Shown here in pieces: positions 39,193-50,027 of a DNA stretch of 64,000 bases. The notes under the pieces are model-generated. The model worked only from the letters and a program-made list of their open reading frames with translations. It was not told where the DNA came from and searched no databases. This DNA comes from an uncultured Planctomycetota bacterium (GTDB taxonomy: Bacteria; Planctomycetota; Planctomycetia; Isosphaerales; Isosphaeraceae). Within the stretch, counting starts at the first letter, position 1. The number at the start of each line of letters is the position of its first letter. The stretch is taken from the NCBI GenBank assembly GCA_963737655.1, contig CAVTTN010000002.1, positions 4,864,001-4,928,000 on the forward strand. Reading direction: 5' to 3'. Made by a program: the position numbers and the translations under genes.

Positions 39193-40965
39193 TCACGCCA
39201 GGATCGTGGACGCCTGGGACGTGTTCAGGGTGTTCTTGGCCGCCAGGGCCACGGTGGACAGCGCCGGGGCGGTCCCGGTGGCGCCTCCCAGGCGGTAGAT
39301 GATGTCGTTGTAGTCGCGATCGCTCTTGCCGGTGGACAGCCCGTTGTCTTCCCAGCCGAACGTCGTGCCGTTGCTGTCGTAGGAGGCGAGCTGGTTCTCA
39401 CTCGTGGGGTTGGCCTCGGGGATCGAGAACAGCGGCTGCTTCTTCGGGTCGGTGTTGGACGGGTTGGAATACGCCTCCCAGACGGTCCCGGCCGGCACGA
39501 GCATCGTGGCGAACTGGTCGCCCGGGGTCATCGCGAAGGTCTTGATCCCGAGATACGAGCCGCTGTTGTAGCCCGACTCCCACGGCAGGGAGACCGAGGT
39601 CTTCGCCCCCTCCGAGCCGTCGGAGATGACGACGTGGCCCAGGACCGAGTCGCTCAGGGCGCGCCGGGCGGCCTCCTTGATGAAGTCGGGGGAGCCGGGC
39701 GTGAGGTTGCCCATGCCCTGAAGGCTGAAGATCGCCATCTGGCTCTGGTAGCCGCCGCCGTCGTACAGGTAGTCCACGGTCACCTGGCCCGACGAGCCGA
39801 CCGTGTTCGTGCCCGAGGAGTACGACCCGTTCTCGGCGGACTGGTCGGCCGTCTCGTTGGTCGCGGCGTAGGTTTCGATCTGCTGGAAGATGTCCGTGGT
39901 CTGGAAGTTCCGCGACGAGTTGACCATCTCGGAGACCGGGGCGGCGAGCCCTCGGGCCCCGGTGACCTGGAAGACCATGTCGTTGTAATCCCGGTCGCTG
40001 CCGTTGGCCAGGCTGATGTCCTCGAACGAGAACAGCGAGCCGTGGCCGTCGAGGTCGCCGACCTGGCCGCGGAGCTGCGGGGTCACGGTATAGGGGTCCG
40101 CCGCCGGGACCGAGTACAGCGGCTGCAAGCTGCCGGTGGCCGACGGGTTGGCATAGACCTGCGAGGCCGTCCCGTTGGGGATCAGCATGGCGCCGAAGGT
40201 GTCACCGGCGGTCATGCTGAAGGTCTTGGGCCCGGCGTAGCTGCCGTGGCCGTCGTGGAAGTCCGATTCCCACGGCATCTTGGCGTCGAACTTGGCCGTC
40301 TCCGAGGAGACGGAGATGACCACGTGGCCGAGCGTCGAGTTGCTCAGGACGCGGCGGGCGGCCTCCTCGTTGTAGGCGGACGAGCCGGGGGTGTAGGCGT
40401 CCATGCCGTCGAGGCTGTAGATCCCCAACTGGCCGCGATAGCCGGCGCCGTCGTACAGGTAGTCGATCGTGACGTTCCCCGTGCTGCCGACGGTGAACTG
40501 GCCGACCTGGGCGTTGGCCTGGGCGTCCTGGCTGCCGGGTGCCCCGGTCAACAGCGTGGTGCTGACCACCCCGGTCGAGGTGGTGTTGTAGGAGGAGGTG
40601 ATCGTCGTCCCATTGGTGAAGACGTCATTGCCCCCCTTGCCGACGAAGAGGATCGACGAGACCGACGCGACCGGGATGGTCTGCTGGTCGGCATAGCCTC
40701 CGTCGTCGGCGAAGCTCACCGAGAGCTGGGTGGGGTCGTTCACCGCCTGGCCGCCGACGACCTTCGTCGCATAGGTGACCTTGGCCACGTCATTGGTCGT
40801 CGTGCCGAACAGGGTCAGCAGGCCGGTGGAGGGATTCAGGGAGATGCCCGTGGTCATCATCTCCCGGCGCTCCATCGCCTCGACGGCCGGTCGCCTCCTG
40901 CGGCGGCCGGGCCCGAGAGGGATTCGGGCGGTCCGGTCGCGGCTCGCGATCTTGCGGAAGAACAT
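39193..40965 (-). CDS. Extracellular protein with two tandem DUF4114-like domains and a planctomycete LEPRxLL-like N-terminus
   Basis: RRRPAVEAMERREMM; duplicated DYLYDG.GY..EAARR.LS.S.LGHVVIS ... (F/W)ED....SDRDYND units. Confidence 0.75.
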   Translation of the reverse strand: MFFRKIASRDRTARIPLGPGRRRRRPAVEAMERREMMTTGISLNPSTGLLTLFGTTTNDVAKVTYATKVVGGQAVNDPTQLSVSFADDGGYADQQTIPVASVSSILFVGKGGNDVFTNGTTITSSYNTTSTGVVSTTLLTGAPGSQDAQANAQVGQFTVGSTGNVTIDYLYDGAGYRGQLGIYSLDGMDAYTPGSSAYNEEAARRVLSNSTLGHVVISVSSETAKFDAKMPWESDFHDGHGSYAGPKTFSMTAGDTFGAMLIPNGTASQVYANPSATGSLQPLYSVPAADPYTVTPQLRGQVGDLDGHGSLFSFEDISLANGSDRDYNDMVFQVTGARGLAAPVSEMVNSSRNFQTTDIFQQIETYAATNETADQSAENGSYSSGTNTVGSSGQVTVDYLYDGGGYQSQMAIFSLQGMGNLTPGSPDFIKEAARRALSDSVLGHVVISDGSEGAKTSVSLPWESGYNSGSYLGIKTFAMTPGDQFATMLVPAGTVWEAYSNPSNTDPKKQPLFSIPEANPTSENQLASYDSNGTTFGWEDNGLSTGKSDRDYNDIIYRLGGATGTAPALSTVALAAKNTLNTSQASTILA

Positions 40966-41333
40966 CCGACGTCTCCCCGAGGGCCGGGGTACCCGCTCAG
41001 GGGTCTCCGGCCCGATGCCTGGAAGCAGAAGGAAAGCCGGCGGCCCTCGAACGGGCGCCGAGGGGCACCATCGCCCCGGGATCACCCTAGGTCCGGAAAT
41101 CTCGAAGGTTGGGGAGTGATGTCCGTCCGCCTCATCGCGCCGGGTCGTCGGCCCGAAATCGCCTTCTCGGGCGGCCGATCGGCCCGATCAGGGCGGGTCG
41201 AAGGCCCGGGGACGGGCGCCGGAATGCGTCCTAGAGTCCCTGTGGAGGGGGTCCCCTCGCGGGATCGCCCGTCCCCCGGTCCGGACGTCCGGGGCGAGAC
41301 GACAGATACCTCGGCGACGAAGGCGAGAGGCGA

Positions 41334-42644
41334 ATGCTCCCGGATCGCGACCGGCTCCGCGTGCTCCTCCTGGCCGAGGCCTGCCACCCCCGGTGGGCCA
41401 GCGTCCCGAGGATCGGATACAACCTCGCCCGGGCCCTGGCCGACCGGCCGGACCTGGAGATCACCCTGGCCACCCAGGTCCGCAACCGCGAGGCCCTGGA
41501 AGACGACCCGATCGCCGGGTCCGCCCGCCTGTTCTTCGCCGACTCCGAGCGGGTGGCCCGTCCGCTCTATCGGCTCGGCAAGCTCCTCCGAGGCGGCAGC
41601 ACCCTGGGCTGGACCACCATGACGGCCCTGGCCCTGCCCGCCTACCTCGCCTTCGAGGCCGCCGTCGTCCGCGAGTTCGACGACGACCTCCGCCGAGGCC
41701 GGTTCGACCTGGTCCATCGGATCACCCCGGTCTCGCCGACGATCGGCAGCCGCCTGCCGTCTCGCGGCGACGTCCCCACGGTCCTCGGGCCGCTCAACGG
41801 CGGCCTGGCCTGGCCCCGAGAGCATGGCCGGCTCTGGCGGCAGGAGCGCGAGTGGCTCGCCCCCCTCCGGCCGCTCCACCGCCTGCTCCCGTACCACCGC
41901 TCCGCCTACCGGAACGCCTCGGCGGTGCTCTACGGGAGCCGGTCCACCGGCCAGGAGATCCCCCCGGGACGCGGCCTCCGGCTCTACCTCCCGGAGAACG
42001 GGATCAATCCGGCCACGTTCCCGATCGAGGACGCCTGGAAGCCCCCGGAGACCGGGGCCCGGTTCCGCTTCCTGGCCGTCGGCCGGCTCGTCCCGTACAA
42101 GAGCTTCGACCTGATCCTCCGGGCGATGGCCGGGTCGGGAATCCTCAAGAATTGCGAGGTCCGGATCATCGGCGACGGCCCCGACCGGGCCTCTCTGGAG
42201 GCGCTTTCGGCCGAGTTCGGCCTGGGGGAGTGCGTCAAGTTCCTCGGCTGGGTGCCGCAGGAGGCCGTGGGGGAGGAGCTCCGCTCGGCCCAGGCGTTCG
42301 TCTTGCCCAGCCTCCGCGAGTTCGGCGGGGGGGCCGTCCTGGAGGCGATGGCCGCCGCGCTTCCGGCCATCGTCGTCGATTACGGAGGCCCCGGCGAGCT
42401 GATCGAGGGAGGCCGGGGCGTCCCCCTGCCCATGACCCGGGCCGAGGGGCTCGTCCCCCTGCTCCGAGACGCCATGGAGGGCCTCGCCACCGACCCCGCC
42501 CGATGCGCCGAGATCGGCGGCGCCGCCGCCAGGTTCGTCCGCGAGGCCCACACCTGGGACGCCAAGGCCGAGACGATCGTCGGCACCTACCGCCGGGTCC
42601 TGGGCATCCCCGAACGCTCGCCGGTCGGCGCGAGTCTTGCATGA
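41334..42644 (+). CDS. Glycosyltransferase family 4
   Basis: AVGRLVPYKS, IIGDGPDR, PSLREFGGGAVLEAMA. Confidence 0.9.
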   Translation: MLPDRDRLRVLLLAEACHPRWASVPRIGYNLARALADRPDLEITLATQVRNREALEDDPIAGSARLFFADSERVARPLYRLGKLLRGGSTLGWTTMTALALPAYLAFEAAVVREFDDDLRRGRFDLVHRITPVSPTIGSRLPSRGDVPTVLGPLNGGLAWPREHGRLWRQEREWLAPLRPLHRLLPYHRSAYRNASAVLYGSRSTGQEIPPGRGLRLYLPENGINPATFPIEDAWKPPETGARFRFLAVGRLVPYKSFDLILRAMAGSGILKNCEVRIIGDGPDRASLEALSAEFGLGECVKFLGWVPQEAVGEELRSAQAFVLPSLREFGGGAVLEAMAAALPAIVVDYGGPGELIEGGRGVPLPMTRAEGLVPLLRDAMEGLATDPARCAEIGGAAARFVREAHTWDAKAETIVGTYRRVLGIPERSPVGASLA

Positions 42645-42687
42645 GAAAGGGGCCGTCCGCCCACGACGGCCGAGAGACTCAGCGACG

Positions 42688-43317
42688 ATGGCCACCGAGA
42701 CGGCAGCCGAGGAAGTCCGCGACCTCCAGTACGCCTCCGAAGGCACCGGCCCGCTCCTCCAGCGCGACTACTGGGCCGCCTTCCGGGGCGTGGACCGGTC
42801 TCCCGAGCAGGTCATCGAGGCCGTCCGGTCCCGGTTCTGCGACTTCGCCCCGCCGGAGACGGCCGCCTTCCGCCTCTGCGGCGAGGATTGCGACGGCCCC
42901 CTGGACCTGGGCAGCGAGATGGAGATCCACATCCGCCCCCTGGCGCTCTGCCGGGTCCGCGTGGTCCACCGAGACGAGCGGAGCCTGACCCTCCGCACCC
43001 TCGCCGGCCACCCGGAGGCCGGGAGGATCACCTTCGGCTCGTATCGGGACGACGCCGGCACCCTGGCGTTTCGCATCCGCAGCCGGACTCGCCAGGCCGG
43101 CTTGCTGCACTATCTGGGGTTCCTCCTGATCGGCAAGCAGATGCAGTCGCGATGCTGGATCAAGTTCATCGGCCGGCTCGCCGAGATCCTCGGCGGGCAA
43201 GTCGAGGACACGATCCACGTCCGAACCCGGACCACCCGGGACCGACCGGCCGACTGGGGCGCCGCCGACGAACCGACCTTCCCCACGCCCGAGGTCGTCC
43301 CCGACGGCCGGTCCTGA
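42688..43317 (+). CDS. DUF1990-like protein
   Basis: TLAGHPEAGRITF motif. Confidence 0.65.
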   Translation: MATETAAEEVRDLQYASEGTGPLLQRDYWAAFRGVDRSPEQVIEAVRSRFCDFAPPETAAFRLCGEDCDGPLDLGSEMEIHIRPLALCRVRVVHRDERSLTLRTLAGHPEAGRITFGSYRDDAGTLAFRIRSRTRQAGLLHYLGFLLIGKQMQSRCWIKFIGRLAEILGGQVEDTIHVRTRTTRDRPADWGAADEPTFPTPEVVPDGRS

Positions 43318-43345
43318 GCTCCGCCACCGGAACAGGGAGGGATTC

Positions 43346-44049
43346 ATGGCCGTGTGGCGATTCGGGCGAGGCTGGACGGACGACGAGCTCAAGGCCCACC
43401 TGGCCGGGCTCGCGTCCCGGACCGTCAACTTCGACGTTCCCCCGAGCCAGATGACCCGCCAGAACGGCTGGACCATCGACGGCCGGGAGGAAGTCCCGAT
43501 CGGCACCGAGCCCCGGGCCCCCCTCTCGGTGATGGCTTCTACGCCCGGGCCAGGCAGGCGATCATCAACTACGACTTCTCCGACCCGACCATCGTCGTCG
43601 GCCACTTCGACCCGAACACCCCGTTCGTGGGGCGAGACATCTTGCTGGAAATGAAGGTGATGGGCTTCCGGTTCCTCAGCGGATGCCGGGTCCATTCCGT
43701 CAGGGAGGAGACCGACGAATCCGGGACCACCTTCGGATTCCGCTACGACACCTTGCAGGGGCACATCGAGCAAGGGTTCGAGTGGTTCCTGCTGGTCAAG
43801 GAGCACGAATCGGGGAAGATCCACTTCACCATCGAGGCCCACTGGAGGCTCGGCGACTTCCCCAACCTCTGGAGCAAGGCCGGCTTTTACGTGATGGGCG
43901 AGCACTACCGCAAGCTCTGGAGGCAACGCGCCCCGGAACGGCTCCGAAGGCTCGCCCACCAGCCCGAAGCCGCGCCGGTCGCCGAACCCGGCCAGCTCGC
44001 CCACCGGGGCGACGAGACGCCCGTCCGGACCGGGCCGCCAGGCTCGTAG
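43346..44049 (+). CDS. DUF1990-like protein (frameshift near 43512)
   Basis: FGFRYDTLQGHIEQGFEWF; the N-terminus lies in a different frame. Confidence 0.7.
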
Positions 44050-44207
44050 GGTGCATGCAATGCACCAACCAGGCGGCGGCCGACGGCCGCCATCCTTTTC
44101 CCCATCTCCCAAGCACGCGAAATGACGAGGTGGTGGGCGGCCTTCGGCGGCCAAGCCGTCGGCGCATTGCATGCACCGGGCATGACGGTGCATTGCATGC
44201 ACCCTAC
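44046..44207. repeat. REPIN-like element, GTAGGGTGCATGCAATGCACC family
   Basis: 21-bp terminal inverted repeats plus an internal partial copy at about 44161-44177. Confidence 0.85.
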
Positions 44208-45271
44208 ACGTCCCCGAGCTGCTCTCGCCGGTCGTGGTGGATCAGGGCCGTCGTCAACGGCTGCAATTCGCCCTGGATGATCCGGTCGAGGTTGTACAGG
44301 GTCAGGCCGATCCGGTGGTCGGTCATCCGGTTCTGGGGGAAGTTGTAGGTGCGGATGCGTTGCGAGCGGTCGCCCGAGCCGATCAGGGTCCGGCGCTGCT
44401 CGGCCCGTTCGTTCTGGGCCTTCTCCTGGATCGAATCGAAGATGCGGCTTCGGAGGAGCCTCAACGCCTTGGCGCGATTCTTGTGCTGGCTGCGTTCGTC
44501 CCGGCAGACGACGACCGTGCCGGTGGGCAAATGCGTCATCCTCACGGCGCTGGCCGTCTTGTTCTGGTGCTGGCCTCCGGGGCCTCCGGCGGTCATGGTA
44601 TCGACCTGGAGGTCTTCGGGGCGGATCACCACGTCCACTTCCTCGGGCTCGGCCAGGACGGCCACCGTGGCGGCGGAGGTGTGGATCCGGCCCTGGGTCT
44701 CGGTCTCGGGGACTCGCTGCACGCGATGCCCGCCGGATTCGAACTGGAGGTGGCGGAACGCCCCGTCGCCCGAGACGCTGAAGCTCGCCTCGCGGAACCC
44801 GCCCAGCTCGGTCGGCACGAATTCCAGGGGCTCGAACTTCCAGCCCATGATCTCGGCATAGCGGCGGTACATTTCGAGGAGATCCCGAGCGAACAGGGCC
44901 GCTTCGTCGCCGCCGGTGCCGGCGCGAATCTCCATGATCAGGCTGGGCCGATCGGTCCCGGCGGTGCGATCATAAAGCAGGTTGCGGAGGCCCTCGGCGA
45001 CCTCCGATTCCTCGGCGCGAAGGGCCTGGACCTCGGCCTCGGCGTAGGACCTCATCTCGGAGTCGGACTCGGCCTCCAGCATCGCCTCGGCCTCGGCGAC
45101 CTTGCGGCCGAGTTCGAGGTATCGGCCGTAAGGCAGGGCGATCTTGGCCAGAGTGCCCCGCTCCTTGGCCAGCGCGGCGACCCTCGCCGGGTCGGCCGAG
45201 ACGCCCGGATCGAGCAGGGCGGCCTCGATTTCCAGGAACCGGCGATAATCGCTGTGGAGCTTGTCGAACAC
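44204..45271 (-). CDS. prfA: Peptide chain release factor 1
   Basis: [20 protein letters not shown] (PxT), [17 protein letters not shown]. Confidence 0.96.
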   Translation of the reverse strand: MFDKLHSDYRRFLEIEAALLDPGVSADPARVAALAKERGTLAKIALPYGRYLELGRKVAEAEAMLEAESDSEMRSYAEAEVQALRAEESEVAEGLRNLLYDRTAGTDRPSLIMEIRAGTGGDEAALFARDLLEMYRRYAEIMGWKFEPLEFVPTELGGFREASFSVSGDGAFRHLQFESGGHRVQRVPETETQGRIHTSAATVAVLAEPEEVDVVIRPEDLQVDTMTAGGPGGQHQNKTASAVRMTHLPTGTVVVCRDERSQHKNRAKALRLLRSRIFDSIQEKAQNERAEQRRTLIGSGDRSQRIRTYNFPQNRMTDHRIGLTLYNLDRIIQGELQPLTTALIHHDRREQLGDV

Positions 45272-45284
45272 GGGTCGTCTCGGG

Positions 45285-45530
45285 TCACACGGTCGCCAGG
45301 GACGGTCTCGGGCCGATCAGCTCATCAACCTGGCCGCGATCCTGGAGCCACGCCGTATCGCCCCGCTCGGCATGCTCGGCGACTTCCCGGACGAACTCCA
45401 CGGTCTCCGACTCGTAGCAAGGCCCGTCGGGATCGTCGGGCGGGATCACCATCTCGACCTCGACGGCCACCACGAATCGGCCGCCACGGATGAGCCTGGT
45501 CGTCTTGAATCGTTCCCCGGCGATTCGCAT
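45285..45530 (-). CDS. Small hypothetical protein
   Basis: 81-aa ORF between rpmE and prfA on the same strand. Confidence 0.55.
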   Translation of the reverse strand: MRIAGERFKTTRLIRGGRFVVAVEVEMVIPPDDPDGPCYESETVEFVREVAEHAERGDTAWLQDRGQVDELIGPRPSLATV

Positions 45531-45641
45531 CGTTCATCACCGGTCGAGGAAATGGACCGTGACTAGCGTCGAAAAGCTGGCCCATCATCGATCCCAACTC
45601 GAATCGAGCTGATCCTCGACCGGCCCACGATCACCGAGCGG

Positions 45642-45941
45642 CTACCCCTTCGCGGCGCCTTCCTTCTCCTTGGCGGCGTCCTTCTTGGCCTTGCCGTAGG
45701 TGCCCTGGAACTTCTTGTTGAACTTGTCCACCCGGCCGGCGGTGTCCACGAACTTCTGGGTGCCGGTGTAGAACGGGTGGCTGGCGCTGGAGACGTCCAC
45801 CGTCACCAGGGGGTACGTCTGGCCGTCCTCGAACTCGATCGTCTGATTGGTGCGGATCGTCGAGCGGGTCAGGAAGGTGAAGCCGGAGGAGGCGTCCTTG
45901 AAGACCACCGGGCGGTAGTTGGGGTGGATGCCGTCTTTCAT
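45642..45941 (-). CDS. rpmE2: 50S ribosomal protein L31 type B (Cys-free)
   Basis: [16 protein letters not shown]...TRST...[25 protein letters not shown]. Confidence 0.95.
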   Translation of the reverse strand: MKDGIHPNYRPVVFKDASSGFTFLTRSTIRTNQTIEFEDGQTYPLVTVDVSSASHPFYTGTQKFVDTAGRVDKFNKKFQGTYGKAKKDAAKEKEGAAKG

Positions 45942-46017
45942 CGCGGGGCGTCCTTCGGGCAAAAAAGCGAGACCGAGGCGGTTCTCTGGGGATCGGGTCG
46001 GCAACGGCGGACGGAGC

Positions 46018-46611
46018 TTACGGCTTGACCTTGTTGGCCTTGGGCGAATCATTATGCCCCGGGACGGGCTTTCCGTCCAGGAGGGCCCGGGCGGCCTTCT
46101 CGACGTCGTCGTAGGTGAACGGGTGGTCGGCGTCGTCGCCCGAGTAGCGGAAGATCTCCTTGCCGTCGGGCCCGAAGAAGAAGACGGCGGGCACCCCGCC
46201 GACCTTGAGCTTCTCGAACGCCTCGGTCGGCTCCTCGTCCAGGACGTAGTTGGGGAAGACCGCGCCCTTGCTCTGGAGGAACTTCTTGACCTCGGCCATC
46301 GCCTTGGGCTCGGTCGGGTCGTCCAGCGACAGGGAGACGACGGCCAGGCCCTGGTCGGCGTACTTCTTGTGCATCTCGACGACGTGGGGGAAGTTCTCCT
46401 TGCACGGGCCGCACCAGGTGGCCCAGGCATCGACCATCGTGATCTTGGCCTTCTTGTTGGCGGCGATCCTGGCGAGGTATTTGTCGAACTTCACGGCCTC
46501 GACCTTCACCTCGGAAGCCGGGGCCGGTGCCGGGGCCTTGTCGCCGTCATCGGCGCAGGCGTTCAGGGCGAGGGCCGAGATCGCGACCGAGGCCGTCAGG
46601 GCGAATCGCAT
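46018..46611 (-). CDS. TlpA-family disulfide reductase
   Basis: [13 protein letters not shown]; signal/lipoprotein-like N-terminus. Confidence 0.88.
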   Translation of the reverse strand: MRFALTASVAISALALNACADDGDKAPAPAPASEVKVEAVKFDKYLARIAANKKAKITMVDAWATWCGPCKENFPHVVEMHKKYADQGLAVVSLSLDDPTEPKAMAEVKKFLQSKGAVFPNYVLDEEPTEAFEKLKVGGVPAVFFFGPDGKEIFRYSGDDADHPFTYDDVEKAARALLDGKPVPGHNDSPKANKVKP

Positions 46612-46741
46612 GGCATGCGGTCCTTCGGGAAGGGTGACCGTTCGGTTCGGGAAGGACGAACGCCCGCCGCCGAAGGATGGTTCGGCGGCGGGCGCGGGGA
46701 TCATCGATCGAGCGATCGGATCTCGTTCAGCTTCGCTCCGC

Positions 46742-47326
46742 TCAGCGGGCGTACTTGATGCCGCAACCGCGAGGGGCGGTCTCGGAGGTCGGGACGTCCT
46801 TGCCGGCGAGCAGGGCGTCGACGGCGTCCTTGACGTAGGTCTTCTTGACCTTGCTCTCGCTCTGGTTGTCGTCCAGGGCGCCGTGGTAGCGGATGGTCCG
46901 GGTCTTGTCCAGGACGAAGAACTCGGGGGTGCGGGTGGCGCCGTATTCCTTGCCGATCTTGCCGGACTCGTCGTAGCCGTAGACGTAGTTGAAGCCCTTC
47001 TCCTTGGCCTTGTCCTTGATGGCCGGGAGGCGGTCCTCGTCGATGTCGTTGACGCAGACGCCGACGACCTTGACGCTCTTGCCCTTGTAGGCGTTGGTCA
47101 GGTCGATGACGCGGTCGTCATAGGCCTGGACGACCGGGCAATGGTTGCCGAGGAAGACCAGGACGACGACGTCTTCCTTGATGTCCGGCAGGCTCAGGCT
47201 GGCTTCCTGGCCGTTGATCGTGGCCGGGATGCCCGAGAACGTCGGGGCCTTGTCGCCGACCTTCGCGCCGGCGAAGACGGGGCTGGCGAGGGCCACCAGG
47301 GCCAGGGACAGGACGATCTTCCGCAT
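46742..47326 (-). CDS. Exported thioredoxin-family (redoxin) protein
   Basis: VGDKAPTF, NHCPVV, ATRTPEFFVLD, GCGIK. Confidence 0.85.
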   Translation of the reverse strand: MRKIVLSLALVALASPVFAGAKVGDKAPTFSGIPATINGQEASLSLPDIKEDVVVLVFLGNHCPVVQAYDDRVIDLTNAYKGKSVKVVGVCVNDIDEDRLPAIKDKAKEKGFNYVYGYDESGKIGKEYGATRTPEFFVLDKTRTIRYHGALDDNQSESKVKKTYVKDAVDALLAGKDVPTSETAPRGCGIKYAR

Positions 47327-47621
47327 CGTGGGAACTCCTCCAAGGTAGTGAGACCGCGGCCAAAAGGGCGAGCATTCGCCCCGGGCCTATTCCCTCTCCC
47401 CTCCCCGGCCATCCCCGGGTCGGGGCCTCTGGGCGGGTTCGAGACCTCGGTGAGATATTCGAGGACGCTTTCGGAGCTTCTCACAGAGGGTTCAGCGTCA
47501 TTGGTCGGCGGGTCGGCCCGGATCTGACAACGCCTCTTCTGGAATTCTCGCATCGCCCGCAGAGCGAAAATACGCGGACGACGCCCCGGCGTCAACCACC
47601 CGTCCCGGAGAAACCGACCGG

Positions 47622-48437
47622 TCAACTCGTCGGAGACCGTCCCGCGACCCAGGCCGAGGCGTTGGCGATCAGTTGCCGGACGGCCGGATGGAACAGGACG
47701 GGGAAGCCGTCGTGACCGGGGCGGAGGAAGGCCACCCGGCCCTTGCCGACGGTCCAGGTCAGGCCGCTCCGGAACGTCCCTCCGCCGTCCCAGGCCGAGG
47801 TGAAGACGACCGCCTCGGGCTCGGGCACGGCGAACGGCTCGGAGAACGCCGCGGTCTTGGGGATCGTGAACGAGCCCACCCCCCGGGCGATCGGGTGTTC
47901 GGGCCGGAGGATCGTGACGTGCTCGGGCATGCCGTCGTCCCGCCACGCCCTGGGCGAGCACATCGGGCCGAGCAAGGCGCGGAACGGCTTGCTGGCGTAC
48001 GAGCCGTGGAGGGCGACCAGGCCGAGCTTGCCGGCCCTCACCCGCTCGACGATGGCCCGGGCCCGCGATTCGGGCAGGTCGTCGTGGCGGAGCCGGCCCC
48101 ACCAGACCAGGGCGTCGGTCCGGTCCAGCTCGGCGTCGGTGAGGCCGGAGTCGGCATGGTCCAGCCGGCCCCGGGTCGCCACGAACCCCTTGCGGCGGGC
48201 GAGGTCCGCGGCGATCGCGCCGTCCACGTCCCGGGGATAGATCGCCCGGGGGGCGGTCCCCTCGCACCAGACCTTCACGCGGATCGGCGAGGAGGCCGGG
48301 TTCGGGTTCGGGCCGCCGTCGAGGGCCAGGGCATCCCGGGCCAGGCCCATCGCGGCGGCGAAGGCCGCGCCCTGGACGAACCGACGACGACCGATCGAGG
48401 GCGGTGAGGGCGAGTCGGCGGGAATCTCGGGGGGCAT
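47622..48437 (-). CDS. ThuA-domain protein with Tat signal
   Basis: GRRRFVQG; LVWWG..H; GLVALHGS; FRSGLTWTVGKGRVAFLRPGH. Confidence 0.85.
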   Translation of the reverse strand: MPPEIPADSPSPPSIGRRRFVQGAAFAAAMGLARDALALDGGPNPNPASSPIRVKVWCEGTAPRAIYPRDVDGAIAADLARRKGFVATRGRLDHADSGLTDAELDRTDALVWWGRLRHDDLPESRARAIVERVRAGKLGLVALHGSYASKPFRALLGPMCSPRAWRDDGMPEHVTILRPEHPIARGVGSFTIPKTAAFSEPFAVPEPEAVVFTSAWDGGGTFRSGLTWTVGKGRVAFLRPGHDGFPVLFHPAVRQLIANASAWVAGRSPTS

Positions 48438-48609
48438 GGCCGGTCCGGGGAGTGGGGCGGTCACGGACGATCCGGGAGGGCGGAGCCGCCGAGCTTCGGG
48501 CGGGCCTCCGTGGGTGAAATCCGGGCAGGATGGAAATCGTAATCCGTGGATGGGGCCATCGCAAGGGGGCAATCCGGCGGGCGTTCGGATTTCTCGGAGA
48601 AGCGGCGGG

Positions 48610-48996
48610 TCACTCCCGGAGGCGGAAGGCCCGGGGCAGGAGCTCGTCGAGCCGGAACCGGCCCACGCCATCGACGAACACCGGGGTTTCCGGGGCCGCG
48701 AACTCGGCCAAAACCTGGCGACACGCCCCGCACGGCATCTTCAGGCCGGGGTCGGCGTCGCTCGGGGCGTCCACGCAGGCCACGGCGATGGCCTCGATCG
48801 GCCCCGCACCGGCGAGGATGGCGGCGAACGCGGCGGTCCGTTCGGCGCAGACGGTCAGCCCATACGAGGCGTTCTCCACGTTCGCGCCGACGAAGACCCG
48901 GCCGCCCGCGAGGACGGCCGCGCCGACGTGGAAGTTCGAGTAAGGGCAATAGGCCGATCGGCTCGCGTCGCGGGCGGCCTGGACCAGGGATTCCAT
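48610..48996 (-). CDS. cdd: Cytidine deaminase
   Basis: AYCPYSNFHVGAA, NVENASYGLTVCAER, PCGACRQ. Confidence 0.95.
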   Translation of the reverse strand: MESLVQAARDASRSAYCPYSNFHVGAAVLAGGRVFVGANVENASYGLTVCAERTAAFAAILAGAGPIEAIAVACVDAPSDADPGLKMPCGACRQVLAEFAAPETPVFVDGVGRFRLDELLPRAFRLRE

Positions 48997-49137
48997 CGGC
49001 GGACGGCTCCGGCGGGTCGGGTCGGCTCAAGCACGACGGACCGATCTTACCCGAGACGGCGCCCCGCGTCTCATCCGGCCCCTGGTTCGGTCGGGTGGCA
49101 TGTTTGGTAGAAAACCTCGTTGAGACTGAGGAAACGA

Positions 49138-49163
49138 GTAGGCCCGACTGAAGTCGGACCTAC
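49138..49163 (-). repeat. REP, RAYT-associated family
   Basis: GTAGGCCCGACTGAAGTCGGACCTAC. Confidence 0.9.
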
Positions 49164-49247
49164 TCGATCGACCTGTTCGATCGGGGTCTTCTACCGAGCG
49201 ATTCCACCCGGTTTTCCATGACTCCGAGCGTCCCCATCGATCCGGGA

Positions 49248-49955
49248 TCACTCGCCGATCTTGTTGTTGTGGATGTCGTCGCCGGCGGCGTGGTCGACGA
49301 AGTGCCAGGAGAGCTCCTCCATGACGACCTTCATGAAGGTGTTCTTGAACGTGGTCCGGCTCACGCCCGACTCGATCGGCCGCCCGCCGGTGGTGGGGAA
49401 CTGGGTGATCCGGTCCCCTTCGTAGATCACGTTGGATTCCTTGGGCTTGTCGGTCAGGGGCTTGCCGCGGTCGTCCTTGGGGTAATCCAGCTCGGTGACC
49501 TGGATGTGGATGTTGGACTGGCCTTGAAGGAGTTCGAGGTCGCGCGGGGTCTGGACCTGGAATTGCTGGATTTCGAGGAAGATGACGACGTCCGCCTCGA
49601 AGGCGCGGGCGGCCTCGGCCGGGTCGGTCAGGCTGGGCTTGGTCCGGGCCCAGTCGCGGACCTTCTCGGGGTCCACCACGTCGATCTTCTTGATCTCCTT
49701 GCGGAGGATCGGCACGAGCTTGTCGGTGATCTCGCGGTCGATGGCCGGGTAGTCCGACTGCGCCACGTTGGCCGTCAGGACGACGACCCTCTTGCCCTTC
49801 AGGGGCGGGCACGGCGGCGGGATCTTCGGCTCCAGGGGCTGGAGAAAGTACATGGCCTGTCGCGGGTCGCACCCGGCGATCAGGGCCGTGACCGAGGCCA
49901 GGCAGGCGAGCCCGACGACGGCCCGACGCATCCTTGCGAGCGGCCCAGGGGTCAT
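49248..49955 (-). CDS. Hypothetical lipoprotein
   Basis: Lipobox LIAG-C. Confidence 0.7.
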   Translation of the reverse strand: MTPGPLARMRRAVVGLACLASVTALIAGCDPRQAMYFLQPLEPKIPPPCPPLKGKRVVVLTANVAQSDYPAIDREITDKLVPILRKEIKKIDVVDPEKVRDWARTKPSLTDPAEAARAFEADVVIFLEIQQFQVQTPRDLELLQGQSNIHIQVTELDYPKDDRGKPLTDKPKESNVIYEGDRITQFPTTGGRPIESGVSRTTFKNTFMKVVMEELSWHFVDHAAGDDIHNNKIGE

Positions 49956-50027
49956 CCGTAACCCTCCGAGAAAAGAGGAATCGGCGCTCAGGCCGACGGG
50001 ATCGATGCGATCAGGGATTGGCGAGGG

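Noticed and set aside
44204..45271. Programmed frameshift in the release factor gene
   Set aside because: This is RF1 (PxT motif) with an uninterrupted ORF; frameshifting applies to prfB.
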